A stretch of DNA of 64,000 nt. Origin: an uncultured Spartobacteria bacterium (GTDB lineage Bacteria; Verrucomicrobiota; Verrucomicrobiia; Chthoniobacterales; UBA6821). The notes below the pieces were generated by a model. It ran no database searches. It was not told the origin of the DNA and saw only the letters and a program-made list of their open reading frames with translations. Every line of letters starts with the position of its first letter. Positions within the stretch are counted from its first letter, which is position 1. Shown here in pieces: positions 11,047 to 19,813 of the stretch. The stretch covers positions 3,451 to 67,450 of the forward strand of contig CAIKFI010000060.1 in NCBI GenBank assembly GCA_903826635.1, given 5' to 3'. The translations under genes and the position numbers were made by a program.

Positions 11047-12176
11047 GCTGGAACCGCTTCAGAAACCTGCTTTCGTGAACCGGTCGACTCAATACGCTCG
11101 TAGAAGGTATTCCTCTGCATTGGTTCCCTGCCCGCTTCGCGGATGGCCCTCTCCATTGCTGAAATTGTTTGTTGCTGGGGTGTCTTGGCACCAGCCATGT
11201 GGAAGATTTTCTCCTCTTGGATTGTCCCGTGGAGATCATCCACCCCATAATTCAGTGCGATGGATGCCAGAGGTAGCCCTAGGCTGATCCAGTAGCCGGT
11301 AATATGGTCAAAATTATCGAGCATCAAGCGGGAGATGGCCAGATTCTTCAGTTCATCCGTTGAGCAGGCGGGGCGGATATGGGCTAATTCCGTAGTCTCC
11401 GGAACAAAGGCAAAGGGTATAAAACCGGTGAATCCATGGGTCTCGTCCTGGAGTCCGCGAAGGAGGAGCAGGTGATCGATCCGTTGGGCCGCAGTCTCGA
11501 CATGGCCGTAGAGCATGGTAGCAGTGCTTCTCTGGCCCATCCGGTGCCACGTGCGATGCACCTCAAGCCACTCTTCCCCAGTCTCCTTGCCTCGGCAGAT
11601 CGTATCACGAACTCCCTGATCAAATATTTCCGCTCCTCCACCCGTGAGGGCATTAAGACCGGCTTCACGAAGAATCTCCAGTGTTTCCCTGAGTGGCTTC
11701 TTGAAGACGCGATCGGCAAGGTGGCGGATCTCGATCGCGGTGAAAGCTTTCAGATGAATACCGGGGGCTGCTTCTTTCATCGCCTTGAGGAGATCAAGAT
11801 ACCACGAGGAGGGAAGCGTTGGATGAAGCCCGCCCACCATATGGATCTCCGTGGCTCCCCTCTCCCACGCCTCCTTGGTCTTGGCCGCGACTTCAGGAAT
11901 AGCCATCTCAAAAGCATGTTCGTCCCGTTTTTTGGCACTGAAAGCACAGAACTGGCAGTTCAGGATGCAAATGTTGGAATAATTCACATAGCGGTTGAAA
12001 ACGTAGGTGGCCACATTACCGTTCTTCCGCTCGCGAACGATATTCGCCATGTATCCAAGCCCGTTTAGATCACGGGAGGCAAAAAGATCGATTCCTTCCT
12101 CCCTTCCAAGGCGTTCACCAGCCTCTACCTTAGCGAGAATTGGCAGAAGAGCTGGATCGAGCAGTCGCTTATTCAT
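11043..12176 (-). CDS. radical SAM enzyme of the MqnE/MqnC family (aminofutalosine synthase or cyclic dehypoxanthinyl-futalosine synthase)
   Basis: CxxxCxxC cluster motif NICILNCQFCAF, plus EIHMVGGLHP, GGGAEIF and TATMLYGHVET. I cannot separate MqnE from MqnC by eye. Confidence 0.8.
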   Translation of the reverse strand: MNKRLLDPALLPILAKVEAGERLGREEGIDLFASRDLNGLGYMANIVRERKNGNVATYVFNRYVNYSNICILNCQFCAFSAKKRDEHAFEMAIPEVAAKTKEAWERGATEIHMVGGLHPTLPSSWYLDLLKAMKEAAPGIHLKAFTAIEIRHLADRVFKKPLRETLEILREAGLNALTGGGAEIFDQGVRDTICRGKETGEEWLEVHRTWHRMGQRSTATMLYGHVETAAQRIDHLLLLRGLQDETHGFTGFIPFAFVPETTELAHIRPACSTDELKNLAISRLMLDNFDHITGYWISLGLPLASIALNYGVDDLHGTIQEEKIFHMAGAKTPQQQTISAMERAIREAGREPMQRNTFYERIESTGSRKQVSEAVPA

Positions 12177-12195
12177 CTGAGCACTCTACTATGCA

Positions 12196-12240
12196 GGTGA
12201 CTCCTTCGCCAGAATCGAATGGGAAGGAGTCACCCATTTT
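12196..12240 (+). terminator. perfect 11-bp hairpin followed by a T-run, in the divergent mqn/uvrB intergenic region
   Basis: GGTGACTCCTT (12196-12206) pairs with AAGGAGTCACC (12224-12234) across a 17-nt loop, followed by CATTTTTAATT. Its function (terminator, insulator or leader) is not established. Confidence 0.35.
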
Positions 12241-12334
12241 TAATTCCCATCGGTTGCAGCAATCCTCATTTCAATGGATACTGGAGGTTTGTCCGTTTTG
12301 ATCCTTCTGATTTCATCTTTCATCCTTTCCCCCA

Positions 12335-14485
12335 ATGCCCTTCGATCTTCGCTCTGACTACAAACCTCAGGGGGATCAGGCCCAAGCGATCGAGAAACTA
12401 ACCCGTTCGATCAGAGTGGGCAACCGGCATCAGACCCTTCTCGGGGTGACGGGATCCGGAAAGACCTTCACGGCCGCCAACATTATCCAGAATCTGAATC
12501 GCCCGACATTGATCATGTCGCACAATAAGACGCTGGCGGCTCAACTCTACTCGGAGTTCAAGCAGTTCTTCCCCAACAACGCTGTTGAATACTTCGTCAG
12601 CTACTTTGACTACTACCAACCGGAGGCCTACATCCCGCGCTCGGACACCTATATCGAGAAGGACAGTTCGATCAACGAAGAGATCGAGCGACTACGGCTC
12701 TCCACCACGAGTTCCCTGCTGACCCGGCGTGACGTGATCGTGGTCTCAAGCGTCTCCTGCATCTACGGACTGGCATCTCCGGAAGATTTCCTGCAGATGG
12801 TCATTACTCTCAAGAAGGGAGACCTCATCAGTAGGGAGGAGGTTCTCAGACGCTTTGTCGAGATGCTTTATGAGCGTAATGAAATCGAGTTTGCACGCGG
12901 GAAGTTCCGCGTCCGCGGAGATGTGGTCGAGGTCTTCCCAGCCCAGAACGACGAGGAAGCCGTGCGCATTGAATTCTTCGGTGATGAAATCGACCGCATG
13001 GCCCTGTTCGACCCGCTCACGGGTAAATCCCGGGGAGAACTCACCCATCTTACCCTTTTCCCGGCAAAACAGTTCGTAACTCCAAAGGAAAAAATGCAGA
13101 GCGCCATGCACAAGATCAAAGCCGAGATGATCGAGCGCGTGGCTTGGTTCGAGGAAAACGGCAAATACCTCGAGGCCCAGCGCCTGAAAATGAGGACCGA
13201 GTATGATCTCGAGATGATGCAGGAGATGGGATATTGCAACGGCATTGAGAACTACTCGCGACACCTGACAGGTCGTGAACCGGGAACACGTCCATACACC
13301 CTCATGGATTTCCTTCCCGAGGACACACTCCTCATGGTGGATGAATCCCATGCTACCCTTCCTCAGATCGGAGGCATGTATGCGGGCGATCGCGCTCGGA
13401 AGATGACCCTTGTTGACTATGGATTCCGCCTGCCAAGTGCACTCGATAACCGACCCCTGAACTTCACGGAATTCATGGATGTCACTCGTCAAGGGCTCTA
13501 CATAAGCGCCACGCCCGCCACTCTCGAACTGAGGAACAGCCTGGTCGGAAACTCCGGGTTCATCGACATAGCCTCGCTTCCGCCTACTCCCCTCCCACTT
13601 AGCGACATCAGACCGAACAAGGCGGACGAGGAGCTCGATACGGTTACACCGGGATCGCAGCTCATCGTGGAGCAGATTATACGTCCAACGGGCCTGCTCG
13701 ATCCCCGCATCATGATACGTCCCCTCAATGGACAGATCGATGAGACGATCGGACTGTGTCGCGGCAGGGTGGAAGCGGGGGAACGCGTCCTGATCACCAC
13801 TCTCACAAAACGCACTGCTGAAGACCTTACGGACTATCTCAAAGATGTCGGCCTGAAGGTCCGATATCTCCACAGTGACATCGACACCATAGAACGTGTC
13901 GAGATCCTGCGATCTCTTAGAGCCGGAGAATTTGACATCCTGATCGGAATCAATCTCCTGCGCGAGGGCCTTGATCTTCCCGAAGTGAGCCTTGTCTGCG
14001 TGCTCGATGCCGACAAGGAGGGCTTCCTCCGCAGCCGGACTTCCCTCATTCAGACAGCCGGACGAGCCGCCCGACACGTCAACGGAGAAGTCGTTCTTTT
14101 CGCGGATAAAATCACGGGGAGTATCCGCGATCTTCTCGATGTCACCGAAGATCGACGGCGACGTCAGATGGATCATAACCGCAAGAATGGCATTACCCCT
14201 CATAGCGTGAAGCGTCCGGTTCAGGAAAGCCTTCGCGTGATCCTGGAGGGAGAGGCGGCCGAATCAGCGCGGATTCAGGAACAGCCTCTGGACATCTCCG
14301 CTCTGATCAGGGAATTGGAAGAGGAGATGAAAGAGTCTTCGGGTAAAATGGAGTATGAAAGGGCGGCCTTGCTCCGAGATCAGATCATGGAACTCAAAAG
14401 CGGAGGTGCCGTCACGACATCGATGACCAATCGTTCCAAATCAAAGGATAAGACTTCCAAGGCCAAGAAGGGATGGAAGCGGTAG
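12335..14485 (+). CDS. uvrB: excinuclease ABC subunit B
   Basis: [10 protein letters not shown] Walker A, [14 protein letters not shown], DESH box and the C-terminal UVR motif [16 protein letters not shown]. At 716 aa it is longer than E. coli UvrB because of an internal insertion and a Lys-rich tail. Confidence 0.97.
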   Translation: [716 protein letters not shown]

Positions 14486-14633
14486 ATTTCCCTCTTATTC
14501 AATTCATCGCGCCCAGCCTCTGCACGGAGAGTCACTCTCCAGGTTGCTACTTTTTTTCTGTCTACGGCGCCCGTTCCCTCGGCCTTGGTTCATCCTTCAT
14601 AATTCAGAATTTTTCCTTCATACTTTCTTCATC

Positions 14634-15764
14634 ATGGCCACTCGCAAAGCCTCAGCCGCAGCCAAAAACCCCAACCTTCACTTTGTGACCGGGAGTGATG
14701 AGGCGGAGGTGCGCATCAAAGCTAAAGGACTGGCGGCAGAATTGGCACCAATTGACGCCGGTGAGTTTGGATTGGAGATCATCGAGGCTCCCGCAGATTC
14801 GGTTGACTGTTCCGTGGACATGGTGGAGAGCACCCTTCAGGCTGTGCTCACACTCCCCTTCTTCGGTGGAGGAAAGCTGGTCTGGATGAAGGGCGTAACC
14901 TTTTTGAAGGACTCCGTTCAAGGACGATCCGAATTTGTCCAAGCGGCGCTGGAAAAATTGCTCAAGGTTCTCGAAGAGGGACTTCCCGAGGGGATCACGT
15001 TATTGGTCAGCGCCCCGGAACCTGACAAGCGGAAATCTTTCTACAAATCACTCTGTTCCCTGGCCAACACGACTCTCTGCGACAAGCCGGATTTCGGTTT
15101 TAACGGCACCGAGGATGACCTGATCGACTGGGTGATCCGACGTTGCAGGGAGAGATGCGTCAAGATCGACGAACAGGCGGCGGTCGTCCTCACAACACGT
15201 GTGGGGGCAAATACGGGGCAACTCGATGCCGAGTTGGCAAAGTTAGTCACCTCGTCAGGTGAGGGCATCGTTATTTCCGAACAACTCGTGCGGGACCTGG
15301 TCCCTTTTACCAGATCGGGAGGCATCTTCGACCTCAGCAATGCCATCAATAAGAGGAATCTTCCCCTCTGTCTGGATACCCTCGCACAACTCCGAAGGCA
15401 GGGTGAAAACGCGATTGGCATCCTGCTGGCCGCAATCGTGCCTACTGTGAGAAACCTTTTGATTGCTAAGGATTTGATGGAACGGCACCGACTAAAACCC
15501 CCGGCCCAGGCGAATTACTTCACCTCCGAACTCAACCGCCTTTCCTCAAAACAGACGGCTCACCTTCCGAGGAAGAAGGATGGAAGCATCAATTACTACA
15601 GCATCGGATTAGCGGCGATGAATTCGAGACTTTTCGAAAGGGAGCATCTTGTCTGCGCATTCCTCGCCTGTCGCGATACCAATCAGAAACTTCTGAGCGG
15701 ATATGGATCGGAAGAGACACTCCTGACCCAACTGCTGGTACGCATCGTAGCCAATAGTCCATAA
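14634..15764 (+). CDS. holA: DNA polymerase III subunit delta
   Basis: About 376 aa from the ATG at 14634 (MATRKASAAAKNPNLHFVTGSDEAEV). Length and helical C-terminal organisation fit HolA. The TTG at 14544 in the track gives an implausible hydrophobic leader. Confidence 0.65.
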   Translation: MATRKASAAAKNPNLHFVTGSDEAEVRIKAKGLAAELAPIDAGEFGLEIIEAPADSVDCSVDMVESTLQAVLTLPFFGGGKLVWMKGVTFLKDSVQGRSEFVQAALEKLLKVLEEGLPEGITLLVSAPEPDKRKSFYKSLCSLANTTLCDKPDFGFNGTEDDLIDWVIRRCRERCVKIDEQAAVVLTTRVGANTGQLDAELAKLVTSSGEGIVISEQLVRDLVPFTRSGGIFDLSNAINKRNLPLCLDTLAQLRRQGENAIGILLAAIVPTVRNLLIAKDLMERHRLKPPAQANYFTSELNRLSSKQTAHLPRKKDGSINYYSIGLAAMNSRLFEREHLVCAFLACRDTNQKLLSGYGSEETLLTQLLVRIVANSP

Positions 15765-15810
15765 ACCGTGAAAGTTGGACAAAAGACCGTTCCCGCCCGA
15801 TAAGTTCCTT

Positions 15811-16020
15811 ATGAGCAATCACACCTATAAAAAGATCGAACTTGTCGGATCCTCCACAAAGAGCATCGAGGCTGCGGTGCAGAATGCCGTAGCCCAAGCA
15901 GCCACAACCGAGGAGAACCTACGCTGGCTCGAAGTTGTGGAAACCCGAGCTCATCTGGAAAATGGGAAAATAGCCCACTGGCAAGTTACCGTGAAAATCG
16001 GCGCCACGATCGCTTCCTGA
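15811..16020 (+). CDS. dodecin-family flavin-binding protein
   Basis: 69 aa from the ATG at 15811. YKKIELVGSSTKSIEAAVQNAV...LRWLEVVETRAHLENGKIAHWQVTVKIG follows the dodecin pattern. Confidence 0.75.
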   Translation: MSNHTYKKIELVGSSTKSIEAAVQNAVAQAATTEENLRWLEVVETRAHLENGKIAHWQVTVKIGATIAS

Positions 16021-16024
16021 ACTC

Positions 16025-16465
16025 TTAGGAAGCACTAAAAGGTCGGACTGGACGCCCTTCATCGGCATCGATGTAATCGAACATCGTCTGGATCTCATCA
16101 CGGTCTTCAAACCCACTCTCCTTTTTGCGGCGGATCAGGATTTCCGAGGCCTCGTCGTGCCATCCACGCTTGCTCATAAAGTCGTTCCAGATCTCGATTT
16201 GCTCCTCGGAAGGAGCCTTGCCATGTTGAATCGACCAGTTCCAAGCCTCCTCAGTAGATAAGGACGAACCAACGGCGGAAGCGAGACCGGTATAGTCAAT
16301 TTCCAGAAACTTACAGCAACGATCATCGAAGGCCTTCCCGAGATTGGGAACACAGTCCTCAGCCAACTCACCGACAGCATGGAGGCGGATCTTATCAATC
16401 ATCCTTGGGAAGTAGACGAGTCCGTGGTAACTCTCGCGGGGACTGACAGGGTTCTTTAAGCTCAT
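16025..16465 (-). CDS. DUF5069-like conserved protein
   Basis: YFPRMIDKIRLHAVGELAEDCVPNLGKAFDDRCCKFLEIDY resembles the DUF5069 family as I remember it. Start overlaps the lspA stop by 4 nt. Confidence 0.5.
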   Translation of the reverse strand: MSLKNPVSPRESYHGLVYFPRMIDKIRLHAVGELAEDCVPNLGKAFDDRCCKFLEIDYTGLASAVGSSLSTEEAWNWSIQHGKAPSEEQIEIWNDFMSKRGWHDEASEILIRRKKESGFEDRDEIQTMFDYIDADEGRPVRPFSAS

Positions 16466-16926
16466 GGTTGGGTTGATTTAGGCTGGCACTGAAAACTACT
16501 CAAGAGAAACAATCCGGCCGCAATGCAGATGCAAGAATCAGCGACATTGAATGAAGGCCAGTGATAGCCCCCGAACTGAAAATCAAGAAAATCAACGACA
16601 TGCCCCAATCTCAGACGGTCGGTGATATTGCCGATGATACCCGCAAGGAGAAGGATCCAACCTGCACCCATCAACTTTCCCGTGAAGTGTTGACGCAACA
16701 GGATCAGGGCGACAAAGGCTAGCGAGGCCAGAATCACAAAAAAGAGGTTACTGTCATTCAACATGCCAAATGCAGCCCCCGTATTGTGAAGGTGGGTCAG
16801 ATTAAAAAATCCTGGGATGACAGAAATGGAGTTTTGAAACGGAATCGAATTCTGAATCAGGAGTTTGGATCCCTGATCAAGGACGACGAGAAGAAGAATG
16901 GAAAACCCCGCAGCGATCAGGTTCAT
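16462..16926 (-). CDS. lspA: lipoprotein signal peptidase (signal peptidase II)
   Basis: From the ATG at 16926 (MNLIAAGFSILLLVVLDQGSKLL). Motifs NTGAAFG and VVDFLDF...WPSFNVADSCI. Lies 8 nt downstream of the ileS stop, the classic ileS-lspA arrangement. Confidence 0.9.
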   Translation of the reverse strand: MNLIAAGFSILLLVVLDQGSKLLIQNSIPFQNSISVIPGFFNLTHLHNTGAAFGMLNDSNLFFVILASLAFVALILLRQHFTGKLMGAGWILLLAGIIGNITDRLRLGHVVDFLDFQFGGYHWPSFNVADSCICIAAGLFLLSSFQCQPKSTQP

Positions 16927-16934
16927 GATTCGGA

Positions 16935-19679
16935 TCAGGAAAGGCCAATCCCAGACGCCCCCACGGCATCCACACATCGTCCGCAAAGAGTAGGATGTTC
17001 CGCATGGGAGCCGACCTCGGGACGATGCCTCCAGCATCTCTCGCACTTCTCACTTTCCGTCTTTGTAACGGAGATTCCCCGCGCACCTTGAACGATTGTC
17101 AGATTGCTTAGAATCAGGAATTCCTCAATTTCAGCCCCTACCTCCATGGCGGCAGCCAGCAGCGCGGGTTCTTCCGTGGAGACCAGAACCGAGGCCTCGA
17201 GCGCTTTCGCAACGATTCCGTCTCTCTGCGCTTTTTCCAAAACCTGAGCCACCTCATTCCGGAGATCCTGGAGCACCTCAAATCGTGCCAGAATCTCGGC
17301 ATCGGGGGTCTTTTCCTCGGGGAAAAGTTCCAAGTGCACCGAACTTCCGGGATTCTGATGTCCCCAAGCCTCATCTGCCGTGAAGACGAGAATGGGTGCT
17401 AGCAAACGGACGAGGTCTCCAAAAACCTTGGCCATCGTGGCCTGAGTTGCTCGGCGTCTTGGGGAAAGGGTCGGATCGCAGTAAAGACGATCCTTGGTGA
17501 CATCGACATAGATACTACTGAGTTCGACGGCACAAAACTGATTGACCGCCTGATAGACCTTCTGAAAAGCAAGCTCCTCATAGGCCTTGCGGCATGTGTT
17601 CACGGTCTCCTGAAGTCGGGCAAGGATCCAGCGATCGATCATGGTTGGTTCCACTGCTGAAGCCGAGGAATCGTAGCCGGACAGATTGGCCAGCAGGATG
17701 CGCAGGGTATTTCGGATTCTGCGATACGTGTCGGTCAAGCGGGCGAAGATCTCCTCGGAGAAAGGCACATCATCAGTGAATTGGATACTGCTCGCCCAGA
17801 GACGGACGATATCCGCTCCGTAGGTCTTCACGAAATGATCGGCCTCGGTCGGTTTCTGGTAGCCTCCCCCGTCTTTTCCCTGATTGGACTTGGAGATCTT
17901 CTGTCGGGTGTCTACATCAACCACGAATCCGTGGGTCAGGACAGTCTTGTAGGGCGCCTTTTCATTCAAGGCCACAGAAGTCATCAGGGACGACTGAAAC
18001 CATCCGCGATGCTGGTCAGTGGCCTCGAGATAGAGGTCGGCGGGAAATTGAAGTTCGGAACGCCCCCTCAAGACCGCCTCATGACTCACCCCGCTATCGA
18101 TCCAGACATCAAGGGTGTCATTCCGCCGGACGGATCCTTCGGGAGCACCTGTAAGACGGCACCACTCTGCATCATCGAGAGAGAACCAGGCATTCGATCC
18201 GCGCTCGGCAACTACTTCGGAAACCTTTGCTATGACGTTGGGATCCAGAATCGGATCACCTTCAGGGGTATAAAAAACCGGCAGAGGAACACCCCAGGAA
18301 CGTTGGCGGGAGATACACCAGTCGGGGCGCGACTCAACGGTTCCACGAATCCTGTTCCTCCCCCAGTGAGGAATCCATGACGTGGCATCGATCTCCTTCA
18401 GTGCGGTCTCACGAAGTGCGTCGATCCTGATGAAAAACTGCTCTACGGCTCGGAAGAGAATCGGTGTCTTCGAGCGCCAGCAATGAGGATAACTGTGCTG
18501 GTAGTCCTGACGCCCCAGGAGGGCCCCATTCTCGCTGAGAATCCGGATAACCGCTTCATTTCCTTCGAAAACATTCTTCCCAATCAGGGTGGGAACTCCG
18601 CACTCCTCGGTGAACTTCCCGTAGTCATCAACTGGAGAGAGGAGTTCAAGGCCGACTTTTCGTCCCAGTTGGTAATCATCATCGCCATGTCCGGGAGCGA
18701 TATGGACGCAACCACTTCCCGTCTCAAGGGTGACAAATTCCGCCGTATGCAGCGTGGCACTTCGGGGAAGAAAGGGATGTTGTGTCTGAAGCCCCTGCAA
18801 GGCCGATCCCTTCCATATTTCGGCACCATGTAAAAGGTTCAATCCGGTTGACTCCCTGAACCTATCAGCAAGTCCTGCAGCCACGATCAATCGCTCCGTT
18901 CCGTTCTCCAAAAGGACATAATCAAAATCGGCATGCACGGCGATCGCCAGATTGGCCGGCAGAGTCCAGGGTGTCGTTGTCCAGATGACAACACTGACCG
19001 GTTTGTCCGAGGGAAGCCCTTTTCGAGCGGCCTCTGCAGCCTCAACCTTGAACTTCACGAAGATCGCAGGTGAAGTCTTCTCCAGATATTCCACCTCGGC
19101 CTCGGCCAACGCAGTCTGTGCTCCAGTGCTCCAAAGGACTGGCTTCTTGCTTCGATAAACAAGTCCCTTCTCAACCATACGCCCAAAGGAACGAATGATC
19201 GCCGCTTCATAGGAGGGATCAAGGGTCAGATAAGGATGATCCCAATCACCAAAAACTCCGAGACGTCGGAACTGGGTGCGCTGGATGTCAATGAATTTCC
19301 GAGCATACTCCTCGGACTTCTGGCGGACCTGTAAGGGGGTCAGACCTGCGGAGGATTTCACCACACGGAACTCGATCGGTAGACCGTGGCAATCCCATCC
19401 AGGAATGAACGGGGCCTGGAATCCGGCCATCGTCTTCGATTTAACAACCAAATCCTTGAGTACCTTGTTGAGAGCGGTCCCCATGTGGACATCTCCGTTT
19501 GCAAAAGGAGGTCCGTCATGGAGCACATACTTCTGGGCACCTTCACGGGCTTTCTGGATGGAATCGTATAATCCCTCCTTCTCCCACTTGGCCAGAAGTT
19601 CGGGCTCCCGCTGAGCCAGACCGGCCTTCATCGGGAAGTCTGTTTTAGGCAGGAGGACTGAATCTTTGTAACGGCTCAT
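16935..19679 (-). CDS. ileS: isoleucine--tRNA ligase
   Basis: 914 aa. HMGTALNK (HIGH-type) and KISKSNQG (KMSKS-type) motifs, CP1 editing domain, and a C-terminal Zn motif CERCWRH...CGRC. Confidence 0.97.
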   Translation of the reverse strand: MSRYKDSVLLPKTDFPMKAGLAQREPELLAKWEKEGLYDSIQKAREGAQKYVLHDGPPFANGDVHMGTALNKVLKDLVVKSKTMAGFQAPFIPGWDCHGLPIEFRVVKSSAGLTPLQVRQKSEEYARKFIDIQRTQFRRLGVFGDWDHPYLTLDPSYEAAIIRSFGRMVEKGLVYRSKKPVLWSTGAQTALAEAEVEYLEKTSPAIFVKFKVEAAEAARKGLPSDKPVSVVIWTTTPWTLPANLAIAVHADFDYVLLENGTERLIVAAGLADRFRESTGLNLLHGAEIWKGSALQGLQTQHPFLPRSATLHTAEFVTLETGSGCVHIAPGHGDDDYQLGRKVGLELLSPVDDYGKFTEECGVPTLIGKNVFEGNEAVIRILSENGALLGRQDYQHSYPHCWRSKTPILFRAVEQFFIRIDALRETALKEIDATSWIPHWGRNRIRGTVESRPDWCISRQRSWGVPLPVFYTPEGDPILDPNVIAKVSEVVAERGSNAWFSLDDAEWCRLTGAPEGSVRRNDTLDVWIDSGVSHEAVLRGRSELQFPADLYLEATDQHRGWFQSSLMTSVALNEKAPYKTVLTHGFVVDVDTRQKISKSNQGKDGGGYQKPTEADHFVKTYGADIVRLWASSIQFTDDVPFSEEIFARLTDTYRRIRNTLRILLANLSGYDSSASAVEPTMIDRWILARLQETVNTCRKAYEELAFQKVYQAVNQFCAVELSSIYVDVTKDRLYCDPTLSPRRRATQATMAKVFGDLVRLLAPILVFTADEAWGHQNPGSSVHLELFPEEKTPDAEILARFEVLQDLRNEVAQVLEKAQRDGIVAKALEASVLVSTEEPALLAAAMEVGAEIEEFLILSNLTIVQGARGISVTKTESEKCERCWRHRPEVGSHAEHPTLCGRCVDAVGASGIGLS

Positions 19680-19813
19680 TTTGTGGAAAGTTATGAAGTC
19701 AAAGGGATGAAGAATAAAAGGTAACGGAAGAGAGCGGGGAGATCATGATGAAAGATCCCTATTCGCACCTCGTTCTTCATCCCTCATGCATGTGATCTTG
19801 GCTTGTGCCAGGA

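Noticed and set aside
12746-14203. 485-codon ORF antisense to uvrB, the longest unexplained ORF in the track
   Set aside because: It lies in the codon-aligned antisense frame (14201-12335 is divisible by 3). Stops in that frame would need sense TTA, CTA or TCA codons, which this genome avoids. The translation is Arg/Ser/Gly-rich with no recognisable motif, while uvrB on the other strand is unmistakable. It is a shadow ORF.
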